Shown here: one piece after another, positions 53,349-62,718 of the stretch
Layout: each line of letters opens with the position of its first letter
Position numbering within the stretch: position 1 is the first letter of the stretch
Source: Gemmatimonadaceae bacterium
GTDB lineage: Bacteria > Gemmatimonadota > Gemmatimonadetes > Gemmatimonadales > Gemmatimonadaceae
Assembly (NCBI GenBank): GCA_025934075.1
Contig: JAICYT010000001.1
Coordinates: 1-62,718 of the forward strand
Length of the DNA: 62,718 nt
Direction of reading: 5' to 3'
Translations under genes and position numbers: made by a program
Notes under the pieces: model-generated
Told to the model about the DNA's origin: nothing
Databases searched by the model: none
The model's input: only the letters and a program-made list of their open reading frames with translations

Positions 53349-56273
53349 TCAGTGCGGCGCGACGGTCGTCCGCGCGACGATCTGCATGCCTGTTGTCAGG
53401 TTCGCCAACAACACGAGCTCCGACGTCGACGCAGAAAGCAACCCGGCGTCGACTAGCGCTTTGCGATCGAAATGCAGCGCGAGGCGCTTTCCGTCCTGCA
53501 GATCCGCCATGAAGCGTCCGCCGCGTTGCGTGACACCGACGGTGCCGATGCGCACCGAGGAGACATCGATCAGCGAAACATCGACCGTGGCGTCGGACAC
53601 TAGCGTGATCTTGACGTCGCCATTCCCTTGGTCGTTGACGTCGATCGCGTCCGGCCCGGCCTCGGCGGCAACGGTTCGACGGCCGACGTTCACGCTCAGT
53701 GTGCGCGAGCCGGTCGCACCGTCTTTGTCCGTGACGCTCAGCGTAATCGTATACGTCCCGGCCGCGAGGTATGCCTGACTTCCGGTGACGGTGGCCCCCG
53801 ACGCGCTCAATGTGCCGGGCACTGTGGTCCCGTTCCCCCAATCCAGGACCGAGTGCCACGGCGCGTCTGAGCCTGGATCGGTGAAGCTGCCACTCACGCC
53901 GACTGATTCGCCAGAGACGATCGACAACGGGGTCGTGTTGGTCAGCGAGACCGTCGGCGCGACGTTCGCCACCAACACGTTTTGCGTCGACATCTTCTGC
54001 CAACCAAACGCATCGCTCACGAGAAGCGTCGCCGTGAACGCGCCGTTGTCCGCGAACGACTTGGTCACGACCTTGCCAGACGCTTGGCTGCCGTCGCTGA
54101 AATGCCACACGTAGCTCAGCGCCTCGGTGCGCCCGAGATCCGTGCGCCCGAGATCGGGGTCTGTGCTCGCCGACGCGTCGAACGTGATCGATGCGCCCTC
54201 GTTGAGTGCGCCCGACACCGAGAACTGTGCAACAGGCGGATGATCGCCTGCTTCGACGGCGTCTTGGAAGGCAACGGGAAGAAGCGAGAGGAAGTCATAA
54301 CCTGTGGCGCTCTCGATTTTATCCACCGTTGTCAGGTACTTCTGCCAAGGATCATTCCGCACACCGGCGACGTTCGGCATGTTGACGGCAAGCACCGTCA
54401 CACCGGCGACGTCATCCCACGTTTGAATGTTGCTGTGCGTGAATGGAATACCACCGTTCCGCGGTCCGATGATCGCAACCTTCCACGTGCTATCGGGGAT
54501 CGCGACCTTGCCTTCGTCTTTCAGGAAGGCGAGGCCGTGAGATTTGCTGTACAGCGGTCCGGTGATGATGTAAACCGCGCGACCGCCCTTCGTTGCTGAA
54601 TCGCCGAGCGCGTTCTCGAACTGTGCCCAAACGCCCTGGTTCAAATCAGCCATCTGCGGCACAATGTTCGTGAGATAGAACGTCGTCGCATTGTCGACGT
54701 TGGCCACGGTCCGATCGGCCGAGCGCGCCATGTGACCGCGATCGAATCCGCCGTTGGTGTAGTCGGAGGTGAAGATCTGCTTGTCCGCCGGCAACAATTG
54801 GTCGGCGCTGAAACAGTTGCAGCGATCTTGGCCGACCACGATTTGCCGCGAGTCGAGCTCATACGAAACCCAGTTCGGCGTGCCGCGGGACTCGTTGTAT
54901 GAGATCGTATATTGCGGCCGCACGATCAACAGATCGTTCGGGTTCGACGGCGCGGCCGGTGTAGGATCGCCGAACTCGTCGTTCTTTGCGTAAATCGATA
55001 GCGGCGCCGAAACCGGCGTCTCGATGAAAATGACGTGCGTCACGAAACTGAATGGCGTGCCACCGCCGATCGGCGTCGCCGTGACACGGAATCCCGGTCG
55101 CGTCACTCCGTCGGCTGGCGCCGCAACGCCCGTCACGATTCCTGTATTCTCCACGGTGGCGATCGTCGCGATCTGCGGGTCGACCGCCTCGAAGGTGAAC
55201 GTCGCCGGGATGATCGTTCCACCCGAGGACACGCGCGCTGTCGCGAACATCTGCGTCTGGAATCCGGGCGGGAAACTCGTCGACGAGCTGCTGATGTCGA
55301 TGAATCCAATCGCTGGCGTGGCAACGGTGACCTGAGCCGTTGCTGTCTTCGTGATCCCGTTGTCGACGGCAGTCGCGGTAATGGTGACTGCGGTCGCGCT
55401 CGCGAGCACGCCGCTGACTTTGCCCGTCTGGTCGACCGTCGCGACGGCCGTGTTGCTCGACGACCAGGTGACCGTCGCTGTCGACACGGTCTGATTGTTG
55501 GCGTCCTGCGGCGTCGCGGCGAGCTGGATCGTGCCGCCCGGTATGACCGTTGACGGGCCAGCCACGAGCACGTGATCCAACGGACCAACCGGCAACGCCC
55601 CCGGGCAGACATGAACTGGCGTCGCGTTGTTGCGCGGATTGGGAGTGCCAGCTACGAAATCGGCAGAGAGATCGCCGGTATACGCGCACCCCTGACTGCC
55701 GCGAATCGCGGCTGTGGTATTGCTCAATGTCGCGGTCGTCTTGAACCCACAGTCGCTCGCCGCCGTGCCGAAGCTGACCTGATCGACGAAACCCGTCGGA
55801 CATGCGCCAGTGAGCGCAGTCGTCGATGACACGAGCGAGACTTTTCCGGCGGTCGCGCTCATGGCGATCGTGCCGGTGGCGTTCGGGGTTGGCAGAGGTG
55901 TCGTACCGCCGGCGCCGAGTGACTCTTGCACCAAATAGTATCCGCCTGCCGGAATGCTGCCCGACAGATTCGTGACCTGCCAGCTAGTGCCGGCCGAGGA
56001 GGCGTACTGCACACTCCAACCAGTGAGCGAAACGGACTGACTCCCCGGGTTGAACAGCTCGATGAAATCGTTCGTGAAGGTCGCCCCCGAGTTTCCGCCC
56101 CCGCCATATAGCTGGCTGATCACTACCGACGGCGTCGAGACCGACACGGTATGCTCCGCCGAGCGGGGCGAGAGTGGCGAGGACAAGCCTGGGGCCGTCG
56201 GTCGTTCGGTACAGGAAAGGATACTCGTCCCGAACAAAAGGCTTATCGCAGCACGTACCACTTGGTGTCGCAT
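53349..56273 (-). CDS. Secreted multidomain nuclease: lamin-tail domain, Big_2 repeats, DNA/RNA non-specific endonuclease, PKD repeats
   Basis: Lipobox ILSC. LTD (VVISQLYGGGGNSGATFTNDFIELFNPG...GWSVQY). Ig-like repeats. Endonuclease_NS motif FDRGHMARS, with DRGH at 54732-54743, plus TNIVPQ. PKD-like repeats (WHFSDGS..., DWGNGT...). Confidence 0.8.
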   Translation of the reverse strand: MRHQVVRAAISLLFGTSILSCTERPTAPGLSSPLSPRSAEHTVSVSTPSVVISQLYGGGGNSGATFTNDFIELFNPGSQSVSLTGWSVQYASSAGTSWQVTNLSGSIPAGGYYLVQESLGAGGTTPLPTPNATGTIAMSATAGKVSLVSSTTALTGACPTGFVDQVSFGTAASDCGFKTTATLSNTTAAIRGSQGCAYTGDLSADFVAGTPNPRNNATPVHVCPGALPVGPLDHVLVAGPSTVIPGGTIQLAATPQDANNQTVSTATVTWSSSNTAVATVDQTGKVSGVLASATAVTITATAVDNGITKTATAQVTVATPAIGFIDISSSSTSFPPGFQTQMFATARVSSGGTIIPATFTFEAVDPQIATIATVENTGIVTGVAAPADGVTRPGFRVTATPIGGGTPFSFVTHVIFIETPVSAPLSIYAKNDEFGDPTPAAPSNPNDLLIVRPQYTISYNESRGTPNWVSYELDSRQIVVGQDRCNCFSADQLLPADKQIFTSDYTNGGFDRGHMARSADRTVANVDNATTFYLTNIVPQMADLNQGVWAQFENALGDSATKGGRAVYIITGPLYSKSHGLAFLKDEGKVAIPDSTWKVAIIGPRNGGIPFTHSNIQTWDDVAGVTVLAVNMPNVAGVRNDPWQKYLTTVDKIESATGYDFLSLLPVAFQDAVEAGDHPPVAQFSVSGALNEGASITFDASASTDPDLGRTDLGRTEALSYVWHFSDGSQASGKVVTKSFADNGAFTATLLVSDAFGWQKMSTQNVLVANVAPTVSLTNTTPLSIVSGESVGVSGSFTDPGSDAPWHSVLDWGNGTTVPGTLSASGATVTGSQAYLAAGTYTITLSVTDKDGATGSRTLSVNVGRRTVAAEAGPDAIDVNDQGNGDVKITLVSDATVDVSLIDVSSVRIGTVGVTQRGGRFMADLQDGKRLALHFDRKALVDAGLLSASTSELVLLANLTTGMQIVARTTVAPH

Positions 56274-56438
56274 GTCGGCGGATTTCCTCTTAGATATTCT
56301 CGGATGTTCGATGCTCGCGTTCGGTCTGCTCGGATCGGCGGCGATTGGAAGCAGTCAGAAGCGTTGAACATACACGTGGACCGCAGGCCGACAATGACCA
56401 AGCGCAACGGACGCGCTGCGACAGGGTAAGATTCGACC

Positions 56439-59288
56439 ATGATGAGAATTCTCTTTACTGTCGCCGCGACCGTGCTCGCCGCCGGGCCGACCATCGCGCA
56501 GGCGCCTAAGTCGCCAACGCCCGCCTTAACTGCACCGCTCCCGGTCGATCCCAAGGTTCGCATCGGTACGTTGCCGAACGGAATCCGCTACTATATCCGG
56601 CAAAACCCCAAACCGGAAAAGCGCGCTGAGCTGCGGCTCGTCGTGAATGCCGGGTCGATCCTCGAGAACGCCGATCAACTCGGCCTGGCGCATTTCGTCG
56701 AGCACACCGCCTTCAACGGGACAACGCATTTCGCGAAGAATGATCTCGTGAAGTATCTGCAGTCGATCGGCGTGCGGTTCGGCGCCGATCTCAACGCGAA
56801 CACGAGCTTCGACGAAACGATTTACATCTTGCCGGTCCCGACCGACACCGCGCGAATCATCGATCAGGCATTCACGATCCTCGAAGACTGGGCGCACGGC
56901 CAAACTTTTGACTCGACCGAGGTCGTCAACGAGCGCGGCGTCGTGCGCGAAGAGTGGCGACTCGGCAAGGGCGCCGGCGATCGCATGCTGCACGAATGGC
57001 TACCGATCGCGCTCAAGGGCTCGCTGTATGCCGATCGGCTGCCGATCGGAAACGAACGCAGCATCATGACGGCGACGCCGGCGCGACTCCGCTCCTTCTA
57101 TAAAAGCTGGTATCGACCCGATCTCGAAGCCGTGATAGCCGTCGGCGACTTCAAGCCCGAGGAAATCGAAGCCGAGATCAAGAAGCATTTCGCCGGCATT
57201 CCAAAGCCGGTGAATCCAACGCCGCGACCCGTCGCGCCGGTTCCCGGAAACAAAGAGCCGCTCATCGCGATCGCGTCGGACAAAGAGGCGACCGGATCGG
57301 ACGTCGAGCTCGCGTTCAAACGTCCCGCCGAAAAGACGAAGACGGTCGGCGACTACCGTCGCGATCTCATGGAGCGACTCTATCTCGGCATGCTCAACAG
57401 CCGGCTGGAGGAAATCGCGCAGAAGCCGGACGCGCCATTCCTTGGTGCCGATGCATCGAAGGGCAACTTCATCGGGCGCAACACGGACGCATTCACGCTG
57501 AGCGCGAACGTCAAGGACGGCGCGATCGAGCCGGGTCTCGAGGCGCTGCTCACCGAGGCGAAGCGCGTCGATGAATTCGGGTTTCTCCAGTCGGAGCTCG
57601 ATCGCGAGAAGCAAAGTCTGATCCGTGCCTACGAGCGCGCCTATGACGAACGTGACAAGACGCAGTCGGCCGCGTTCGTACAGGAATACATCGGCAATTA
57701 CCTGAACGGCGAAGCGATTCCAGGGATCGAGTACGAGTACAAGCTCGTGAGCGAGCTCGTGCCCACGATCACGCTGGCCGATGTGAACAAGCTGGCGAGC
57801 AAGTGGATCACGGACGAGAATCGCGTGATCATCGCGCAGTCACCGCAGAAGGACAGCATCAAGGTCCCGACGCGAGCCGCCCTGCTCGCGGTATTCGAGC
57901 GCGCGGCCAAGGCGCCCGTGAAGGCGTACACAGAGAATCTCTCGGGCGGAGCGCTGCTCGATCGCGCGCCCGCACCTGGCAAGATCGTGTCGGGGAAGGC
58001 AATCCCGGCGGTGAGCATGTTTGAATGGAAATTGTCGAATGGCGTGCGAGTGCTGGTGAAACCGACCGACTTCAAGGCTGATGAGGTTCTGCTCGGCGCG
58101 TACAGTCCGGGCGGAACGTCGCTCGCGCCGGACAGCGACTACATGTCGGCGGGGCTGGCGTCGCAGATCGTGGGCTTGAGCGGGGTCGGGAAGTTCAATC
58201 GCACCGACCTGCAGAAGAAACTCGCCGGCAAGGTTGCGTCGGCGAACGCCAGCATTGGCGAAACGAGTGAAGGATTGAGTGGCCGGGCGTCTCCCAAAGA
58301 TTTGGAGACGTTGTTCCAGCTGGTCTACCTCGAGTTCACAGAGCCACGACTCGACACGGCCGCCTACGAGGCATTCAAGAACCAGGTCGGACCCTTCCTC
58401 GCCAACCGCGGCTCCGATCCGGAGCAAGTATTTGGCGACACCGTTTCCTGGACGATGTCGCAGCACGCCTATCGTTCGCGCCCGCTGACGGCTTCGACGT
58501 TCGCCGAAGTGAACCCCGAGCGGGCATTCGCGTTCTACAAGAATCGGTTCGCCGATGCGAGCGATTTCACCTTCGTGTTCGTCGGCAACGTCGACTCGAC
58601 CACGCTCAAGCCATTGGTGGAGAAATATCTCGCGTCGCTTCCGTCGATCGGTCGCACGGAGACGTTCCGCGACAATGGCGGCACACCGCCCAAAGGCATC
58701 GTCGAAAAAGTCGTGCACAAAGGCGTCGAGCCAAAAGCAAATACGATCATCGAGTTCACGGGCGCGTGTCGTAACGCGCCGGACACGCGGTTCGCGATCC
58801 GCGCGCTCGTCGAGCTATTCGAGATCAAGCTCACCGAGACGCTGCGTGAGCAGCTCGGCGCCACCTACAGTCCGAGCGTCGGCGGCGGCTGCAGCCGCGT
58901 GCCGCGCCAGGAATATTCCATCCAGGTGCAGTTCAATTCGTCACCAGACAACGTCGAAAAGCTGACCAAGAGCGTGTTCGCGCTGATCGACACACTCAAG
59001 ACCAAACCGCCGACGCAGGCGGATGTCGACAAAGTCAAAGAGGAATTCCTGCGCGCGCAGGAGGTCAATCTCAAACAGAACGCGTACTGGCTCGGCAACA
59101 TCATCGGGCGTGAGCAAGCCGGCGAAGATGTCGCCGGCCTCGTCGGGCCCTATGAGGATATGATCAAGAAGTTGTCGCCGGCGCAGATTCAAGAAGCGGC
59201 CAAGACGTACTTCAACACGTCGAACTACGCTCGGTTCGTGCTGCTGCCCGAGAACGGGAAGACCACTCCAGATGGAGGCACCCGGTGA
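56439..59288 (+). CDS. M16-family (pitrilysin/insulinase-like) zinc peptidase, tandem-domain, secreted
   Basis: Signal peptide. HFVEHTAFNGT gives the inverted HxxEH motif. 949 aa, consistent with a fused active plus inactive M16 pair. Confidence 0.9.
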   Translation: MMRILFTVAATVLAAGPTIAQAPKSPTPALTAPLPVDPKVRIGTLPNGIRYYIRQNPKPEKRAELRLVVNAGSILENADQLGLAHFVEHTAFNGTTHFAKNDLVKYLQSIGVRFGADLNANTSFDETIYILPVPTDTARIIDQAFTILEDWAHGQTFDSTEVVNERGVVREEWRLGKGAGDRMLHEWLPIALKGSLYADRLPIGNERSIMTATPARLRSFYKSWYRPDLEAVIAVGDFKPEEIEAEIKKHFAGIPKPVNPTPRPVAPVPGNKEPLIAIASDKEATGSDVELAFKRPAEKTKTVGDYRRDLMERLYLGMLNSRLEEIAQKPDAPFLGADASKGNFIGRNTDAFTLSANVKDGAIEPGLEALLTEAKRVDEFGFLQSELDREKQSLIRAYERAYDERDKTQSAAFVQEYIGNYLNGEAIPGIEYEYKLVSELVPTITLADVNKLASKWITDENRVIIAQSPQKDSIKVPTRAALLAVFERAAKAPVKAYTENLSGGALLDRAPAPGKIVSGKAIPAVSMFEWKLSNGVRVLVKPTDFKADEVLLGAYSPGGTSLAPDSDYMSAGLASQIVGLSGVGKFNRTDLQKKLAGKVASANASIGETSEGLSGRASPKDLETLFQLVYLEFTEPRLDTAAYEAFKNQVGPFLANRGSDPEQVFGDTVSWTMSQHAYRSRPLTASTFAEVNPERAFAFYKNRFADASDFTFVFVGNVDSTTLKPLVEKYLASLPSIGRTETFRDNGGTPPKGIVEKVVHKGVEPKANTIIEFTGACRNAPDTRFAIRALVELFEIKLTETLREQLGATYSPSVGGGCSRVPRQEYSIQVQFNSSPDNVEKLTKSVFALIDTLKTKPPTQADVDKVKEEFLRAQEVNLKQNAYWLGNIIGREQAGEDVAGLVGPYEDMIKKLSPAQIQEAAKTYFNTSNYARFVLLPENGKTTPDGGTR

Positions 59289-60745
59289 AGCTTCTTCGCG
59301 CCGAGGGTTGCGCACTGCTTGCGATATCATTCGCTGCGAGCGCGCTCGTCGCGCAAATCCCCGAGCGAGAGTACGCCGCGCGGCGTGATTCACTCGCCAA
59401 GCGGGTCAACAGCGGAGTCGTCATCGGGTTCGGCGGACGCACACCCATCAGCGATTTCGGACCCTTTCACCAGCTTCCCGCGTTTCATTATCTCACCAAC
59501 TTCGATGAGCCCGACGCTGCGTTCGTGATGGTCGTTCGTCACGGCGCGGGCTCGACGACGTTGTTCATCACGCCGGCAGAGCCGCGGTCCGCGTTCTATT
59601 ACGGTTGGCGCCCGGACTCGGCGGCAGTTCGTCGCCTGCATGCGCTGACCGCGCGGTCATTCACTGCGCTTGCCTCGGTTGCCGATTCGCTCGCGGCAAC
59701 CGGGTTGCCATTCTACACGCTCAATGATTTCGAGGACGCCGATTTCGCGCGCGCGGATTCACTGACGCGTGGCCGCGCGTTCGTGCACGGCATTGCCGAG
59801 CGACATTCCGGGCTTGTGGTCGAGGATGCGCACCCGTTCGTCGATCAGCTTCGCGCCAAGAAGAGTGCCGCCGAGATCGCACTACTCAAACGGGCGGCGG
59901 AAATCAGCTCCGAGGGTCATCGTGCCGCGATGCTCGCGCCTGTTCCGCAGCACGAGTACGAGCTCCAAGCCGTGCTCGAGTACAACTTCACGCGGTTGGG
60001 CGGCACGCGGCCCGCGTACGGTTCGATCGTCGGCTCAGGGCAGAATGGAACGCAGCTTCACTACATGAAGGATCGTGGAGCGACGAAGCCAGGCGATGTC
60101 GTCGTCATGGACGCCGCGACAGAGTACGAGGGCTACGCTGCAGACATCACGCGCACGATTCCGGTCAGCGGCACATTCACGCCGGAGCAGCGAAAGATCT
60201 ATCAGCTCGTGCGCGACGCGCAGGCTGCTGCCGAACGGAACGCGAAGCCCGGACGTTCGGCAGCGGCGGCACAGGATTCATCGGTTGCCATTCGCGCGCG
60301 CGGACTCGCCGCGTTGGGCTTGATCCAGAGTGAAGACGCGACGTTCGATCCACCGTGGCAAGCGAACTGTGATCGCACGCCGGCCGCGTGCAAGCAAGCG
60401 AACTTCTGGATGATCCACGGGATCAGTCATGGCCTCGGACTCGCTGTGCACGACCCCGCGCAATTTTCCTATGGCGACCACGTGTACAAACCCGGCGACG
60501 TGTTCACCATTGAGCCCGGCATCTACGTGAGCGCGCGAATGCTCGACGCCCTCCCCGACACGCCGAAGAACCGCGCGTTCATCGCCCAGGTGAAGCCAGT
60601 CGTGGCGCGATATGAGAATACCGGTGTACGGATCGAGGACGATTACCTGATCACCGAGACTGGCCTCGAGCGACTCAGCTCGGCGCCGCGAGAAATTGCG
60701 GAAATCGAGGCGTTGATGAAGAAGCGCACTCGGACGATTCCGTAA
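59285..60745 (+). CDS. pepP: M24B Xaa-Pro aminopeptidase with signal peptide
   Basis: AMP_N-like N-domain and pita-bread metal ligands (VVMDAATEYEGYAADITRT, HGISHGLGLAVHD, IEPGIY, VRIEDD). GTGA overlap with the M16 gene. The N-terminus LLAISFAASALVAQ is signal-like. Confidence 0.85.
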   Translation: MKLLRAEGCALLAISFAASALVAQIPEREYAARRDSLAKRVNSGVVIGFGGRTPISDFGPFHQLPAFHYLTNFDEPDAAFVMVVRHGAGSTTLFITPAEPRSAFYYGWRPDSAAVRRLHALTARSFTALASVADSLAATGLPFYTLNDFEDADFARADSLTRGRAFVHGIAERHSGLVVEDAHPFVDQLRAKKSAAEIALLKRAAEISSEGHRAAMLAPVPQHEYELQAVLEYNFTRLGGTRPAYGSIVGSGQNGTQLHYMKDRGATKPGDVVVMDAATEYEGYAADITRTIPVSGTFTPEQRKIYQLVRDAQAAAERNAKPGRSAAAAQDSSVAIRARGLAALGLIQSEDATFDPPWQANCDRTPAACKQANFWMIHGISHGLGLAVHDPAQFSYGDHVYKPGDVFTIEPGIYVSARMLDALPDTPKNRAFIAQVKPVVARYENTGVRIEDDYLITETGLERLSSAPREIAEIEALMKKRTRTIP

Positions 60746-60757
60746 CCCGCTTCGCGA

Positions 60758-61537
60758 TCAGTGATCGCGCGGACGTCGTTGCGCCGCCGCCTTCTCCACG
60801 AGACGTCGCAGCTCTTTGATCGGTTCGAGATTGTCGTCCACCTGCAACCGCAGCACGGTGTCGTTGTGCAGCCAGACGCCGCCGTCTTTCTTGACGATGA
60901 CCATCGCGGCGGATTCCTGACCACGCTTGTCGCCGCCGGCGAGCTGACCACCCTCGAGCGCGGCGAGCAGCCGAAACGAAAGATGCCCCGGCGTGCGCTC
61001 GAAGAAGGCCACCATGCTGTCGACGACGCCCGATCCCGCGAGAATGTTGCCCTGCGCGGTGCAATGGGCGTTTGGCGCGCTGCATGACTTGTTGCCCGCC
61101 CACTCGGTCGCCTTTGGTCCGGTGTAGGCATACACATTCCCTTTGGCGTCAATCACGGCGAACTGGCGGCCTTCCTTGGACCAATCCTGCGGTCGCGGGT
61201 CAGGATCGCGCTCCCAAATCGTCTTCACGACATGCTCGGCGTCCATGCCTTTGCGCAGCAACTCGAGTGCTTGTGGTCCGTAGCTCACGTCGACGATCGC
61301 CTGGGTCGCGGCGGCGCCGACACCCGCTTCCGCCCACAGCACGCCGTTTCCGACCGAGAAGACGCGCGACTGCACCGCCGCACCGATTTCTCCAGTCTCC
61401 GGATCGTAGGCAAGAATCGAGAACGTGCCGGTCGGCCACGGGCGATCGGTGGTATCGACGACGGCAGCGCGACGGGCTTGCGCGCCGACTTGGGTCGTGG
61501 CGAGTACGAGGACAAGCGTTACGGGAGCCAAACGCAT
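60758..61537 (-). CDS. DUF1028-family (Ntn-hydrolase fold) protein, secreted
   Basis: Signal peptide followed by TFSILAYDPETGEIGAAVQSRVFSVG, typical of DUF1028 with an N-terminal nucleophile Thr after processing. Confidence 0.8.
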   Translation of the reverse strand: MRLAPVTLVLVLATTQVGAQARRAAVVDTTDRPWPTGTFSILAYDPETGEIGAAVQSRVFSVGNGVLWAEAGVGAAATQAIVDVSYGPQALELLRKGMDAEHVVKTIWERDPDPRPQDWSKEGRQFAVIDAKGNVYAYTGPKATEWAGNKSCSAPNAHCTAQGNILAGSGVVDSMVAFFERTPGHLSFRLLAALEGGQLAGGDKRGQESAAMVIVKKDGGVWLHNDTVLRLQVDDNLEPIKELRRLVEKAAAQRRPRDH

Positions 61538-61634
61538 CCGAATCTCCGATCGACTTTGACGATACCAAGAAGCGTGATCACGCTCGCGCTGTCAAACAAC
61601 ATCATACGCGTCATCGCCCGGTCTCGATTCACGA

Positions 61635-62718
61635 TCACCGACGATAGTTGACGTCGAGCGCGTCGAGCCGCGCCAAATGAACTGAAAGTCGCTTGGTGAA
61701 ATCGCCAAAGTCGCGACGATCGCGCGGCGTCCAGAGCACTTCGGCCAGCGCGCTCAATCGCGGGAACGCCATGTACTCGACGCTCTTCGGGCCGTCGATG
61801 TATTCGGTCCACATTTGAGCCTGCGCGCCGAGGATGTGCGAGACGAACTGCGGCTCGAGCTCGGCGGGCACGGGCTCATAGGAATACACGGTGTCGATTG
61901 GAAGAAAGCCGCCAATGGCAAGCGGCTCGGAATCTGTTTTCGCAGATTGATAATGATCGAAGTACGTGTGGCTGCCCGGCGTCATCACCACGTCGTGTCC
62001 GGCGCGCGAAGCGGCGATACCTCCGGCCGTTCCGCGCCACGACATGACGACGGCATTCGGCGCCAGACCGCCGTCGAGAATCTCGTCCCAACCAACCAGC
62101 CGGCGACCGTGGGCGGTGAGGAAAGAATCCATCTGCTTGATGAACCAGCTCTGCAGCTCATTCTCGTCTTTGAGCCCGAGTTCTTTGATCCGCGCCTGTG
62201 CTCGCGGACTCGCTTTCCACTGCGGCTTGATAGCTTCGTCGCCGCCGACGTGGATGTAGGGGCTTGGAAACAACGCCATCACTTCGGTGAGTACATCCTG
62301 CATGAATGCGATGGTCGTGTCGGACGGATTCAGGATGTATGGGCTCACGCCCCACATCGTCCAAGGCTTGATCGTGTCGGCGAGGTTTCCGAGCTCCGGA
62401 TAGGCGGCGATCGCCGCTTGCGAGTGACCAGGCATCTCGATCTCGGGGACAACGGTGATGAAGCGATCTCGCGCGTAGGCGACGATTTCGCGCACGTCCT
62501 CCTGGGTATAGAAACCGCCATGCCGTTCATTGTCGAATACGTTGGCGGCTGAATCGCGTTGCGGCCGACCGGCGAGCGTTCGATCGCGCCAGGCGCCGAC
62601 TTCGGTGAGCCGCGGATACTTTTTGATCTCGATGCGCCAGCCCTGGTCATCCGTGAGATGCCAGTGGAACATGTTGAGCTTATGCAGCGCGAGGAGATCG
62701 ATGTACTTCTTCACGAAC
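61635..62718 (-). CDS. Glycoside hydrolase family 20 beta-N-acetylhexosaminidase (5' end outside the window)
   Basis: KLNMFHWHLTDDQGWRIEIKKYP and HVGGDE catalytic motifs. The frame stays open to the window edge. Confidence 0.85.
   Translation of the reverse strand, partial: FVKKYIDLLALHKLNMFHWHLTDDQGWRIEIKKYPRLTEVGAWRDRTLAGRPQRDSAANVFDNERHGGFYTQEDVREIVAYARDRFITVVPEIEMPGHSQAAIAAYPELGNLADTIKPWTMWGVSPYILNPSDTTIAFMQDVLTEVMALFPSPYIHVGGDEAIKPQWKASPRAQARIKELGLKDENELQSWFIKQMDSFLTAHGRRLVGWDEILDGGLAPNAVVMSWRGTAGGIAASRAGHDVVMTPGSHTYFDHYQSAKTDSEPLAIGGFLPIDTVYSYEPVPAELEPQFVSHILGAQAQMWTEYIDGPKSVEYMAFPRLSALAEVLWTPRDRRDFGDFTKRLSVHLARLDALDVNYRR

Overview
GC-rich bacterial chromosomal segment. The gene repertoire (many secreted peptidases, carboxypeptidase-regulatory-like domain proteins, GSI-alpha type GlnA) looks Gemmatimonadota/Acidobacteria-like, but that is inference only. 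I call about 58 protein-coding genes. By eye I found no rRNA, tRNA, CRISPR array, transposase or integrase. Content from start to end: ispG and a cold-shock gene; a divergent arginine regulon (argH-argG-argR <> argC-argB-argD plus a short GNAT/NAGS-like gene) with ARG-box-like operators; an Smr protein and an M28 peptidase; a membrane-anchored [FeFe]-hydrogenase-like Cys-motif protein next to a Crp/Fnr regulator; two Lys/Ala-rich histone-H1-like proteins, one with a poly-acidic N-terminal half; LigD (ligase plus polymerase) with no Ku in the window; an NrtR-like degenerate Nudix regulator; GH3, YggX and a desaturase; an M1 peptidase and an aldo/keto reductase; a co-directional TolB-like / Ctp / small ORF / RepA-like / SDR array; cardiolipin synthase; a histidine-kinase-like gene whose H-box His is Gln, coupled to a MerR-like gene; MqnA/D-family, zinc-ribbon and CBS genes; glnA, whose conserved N-terminus has no canonical start codon (probable CTG); and a final block of about 15 kb of secreted hydrolases (M1, DPP-IV, LTD-Big2-nuclease-PKD, M16, Xaa-Pro aminopeptidase, DUF1028, GH20). 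No recognisable defence or mobile system is present. The most unusual items are the charge-segregated H1-like protein, the Gln-for-His kinase-like operon, the hydrogenase-like tail-anchored protein, an orphan RepA-like gene embedded among housekeeping genes, and twin palindromic operators at 2247-2312. All homology statements come from reading the translations, not from database searches.
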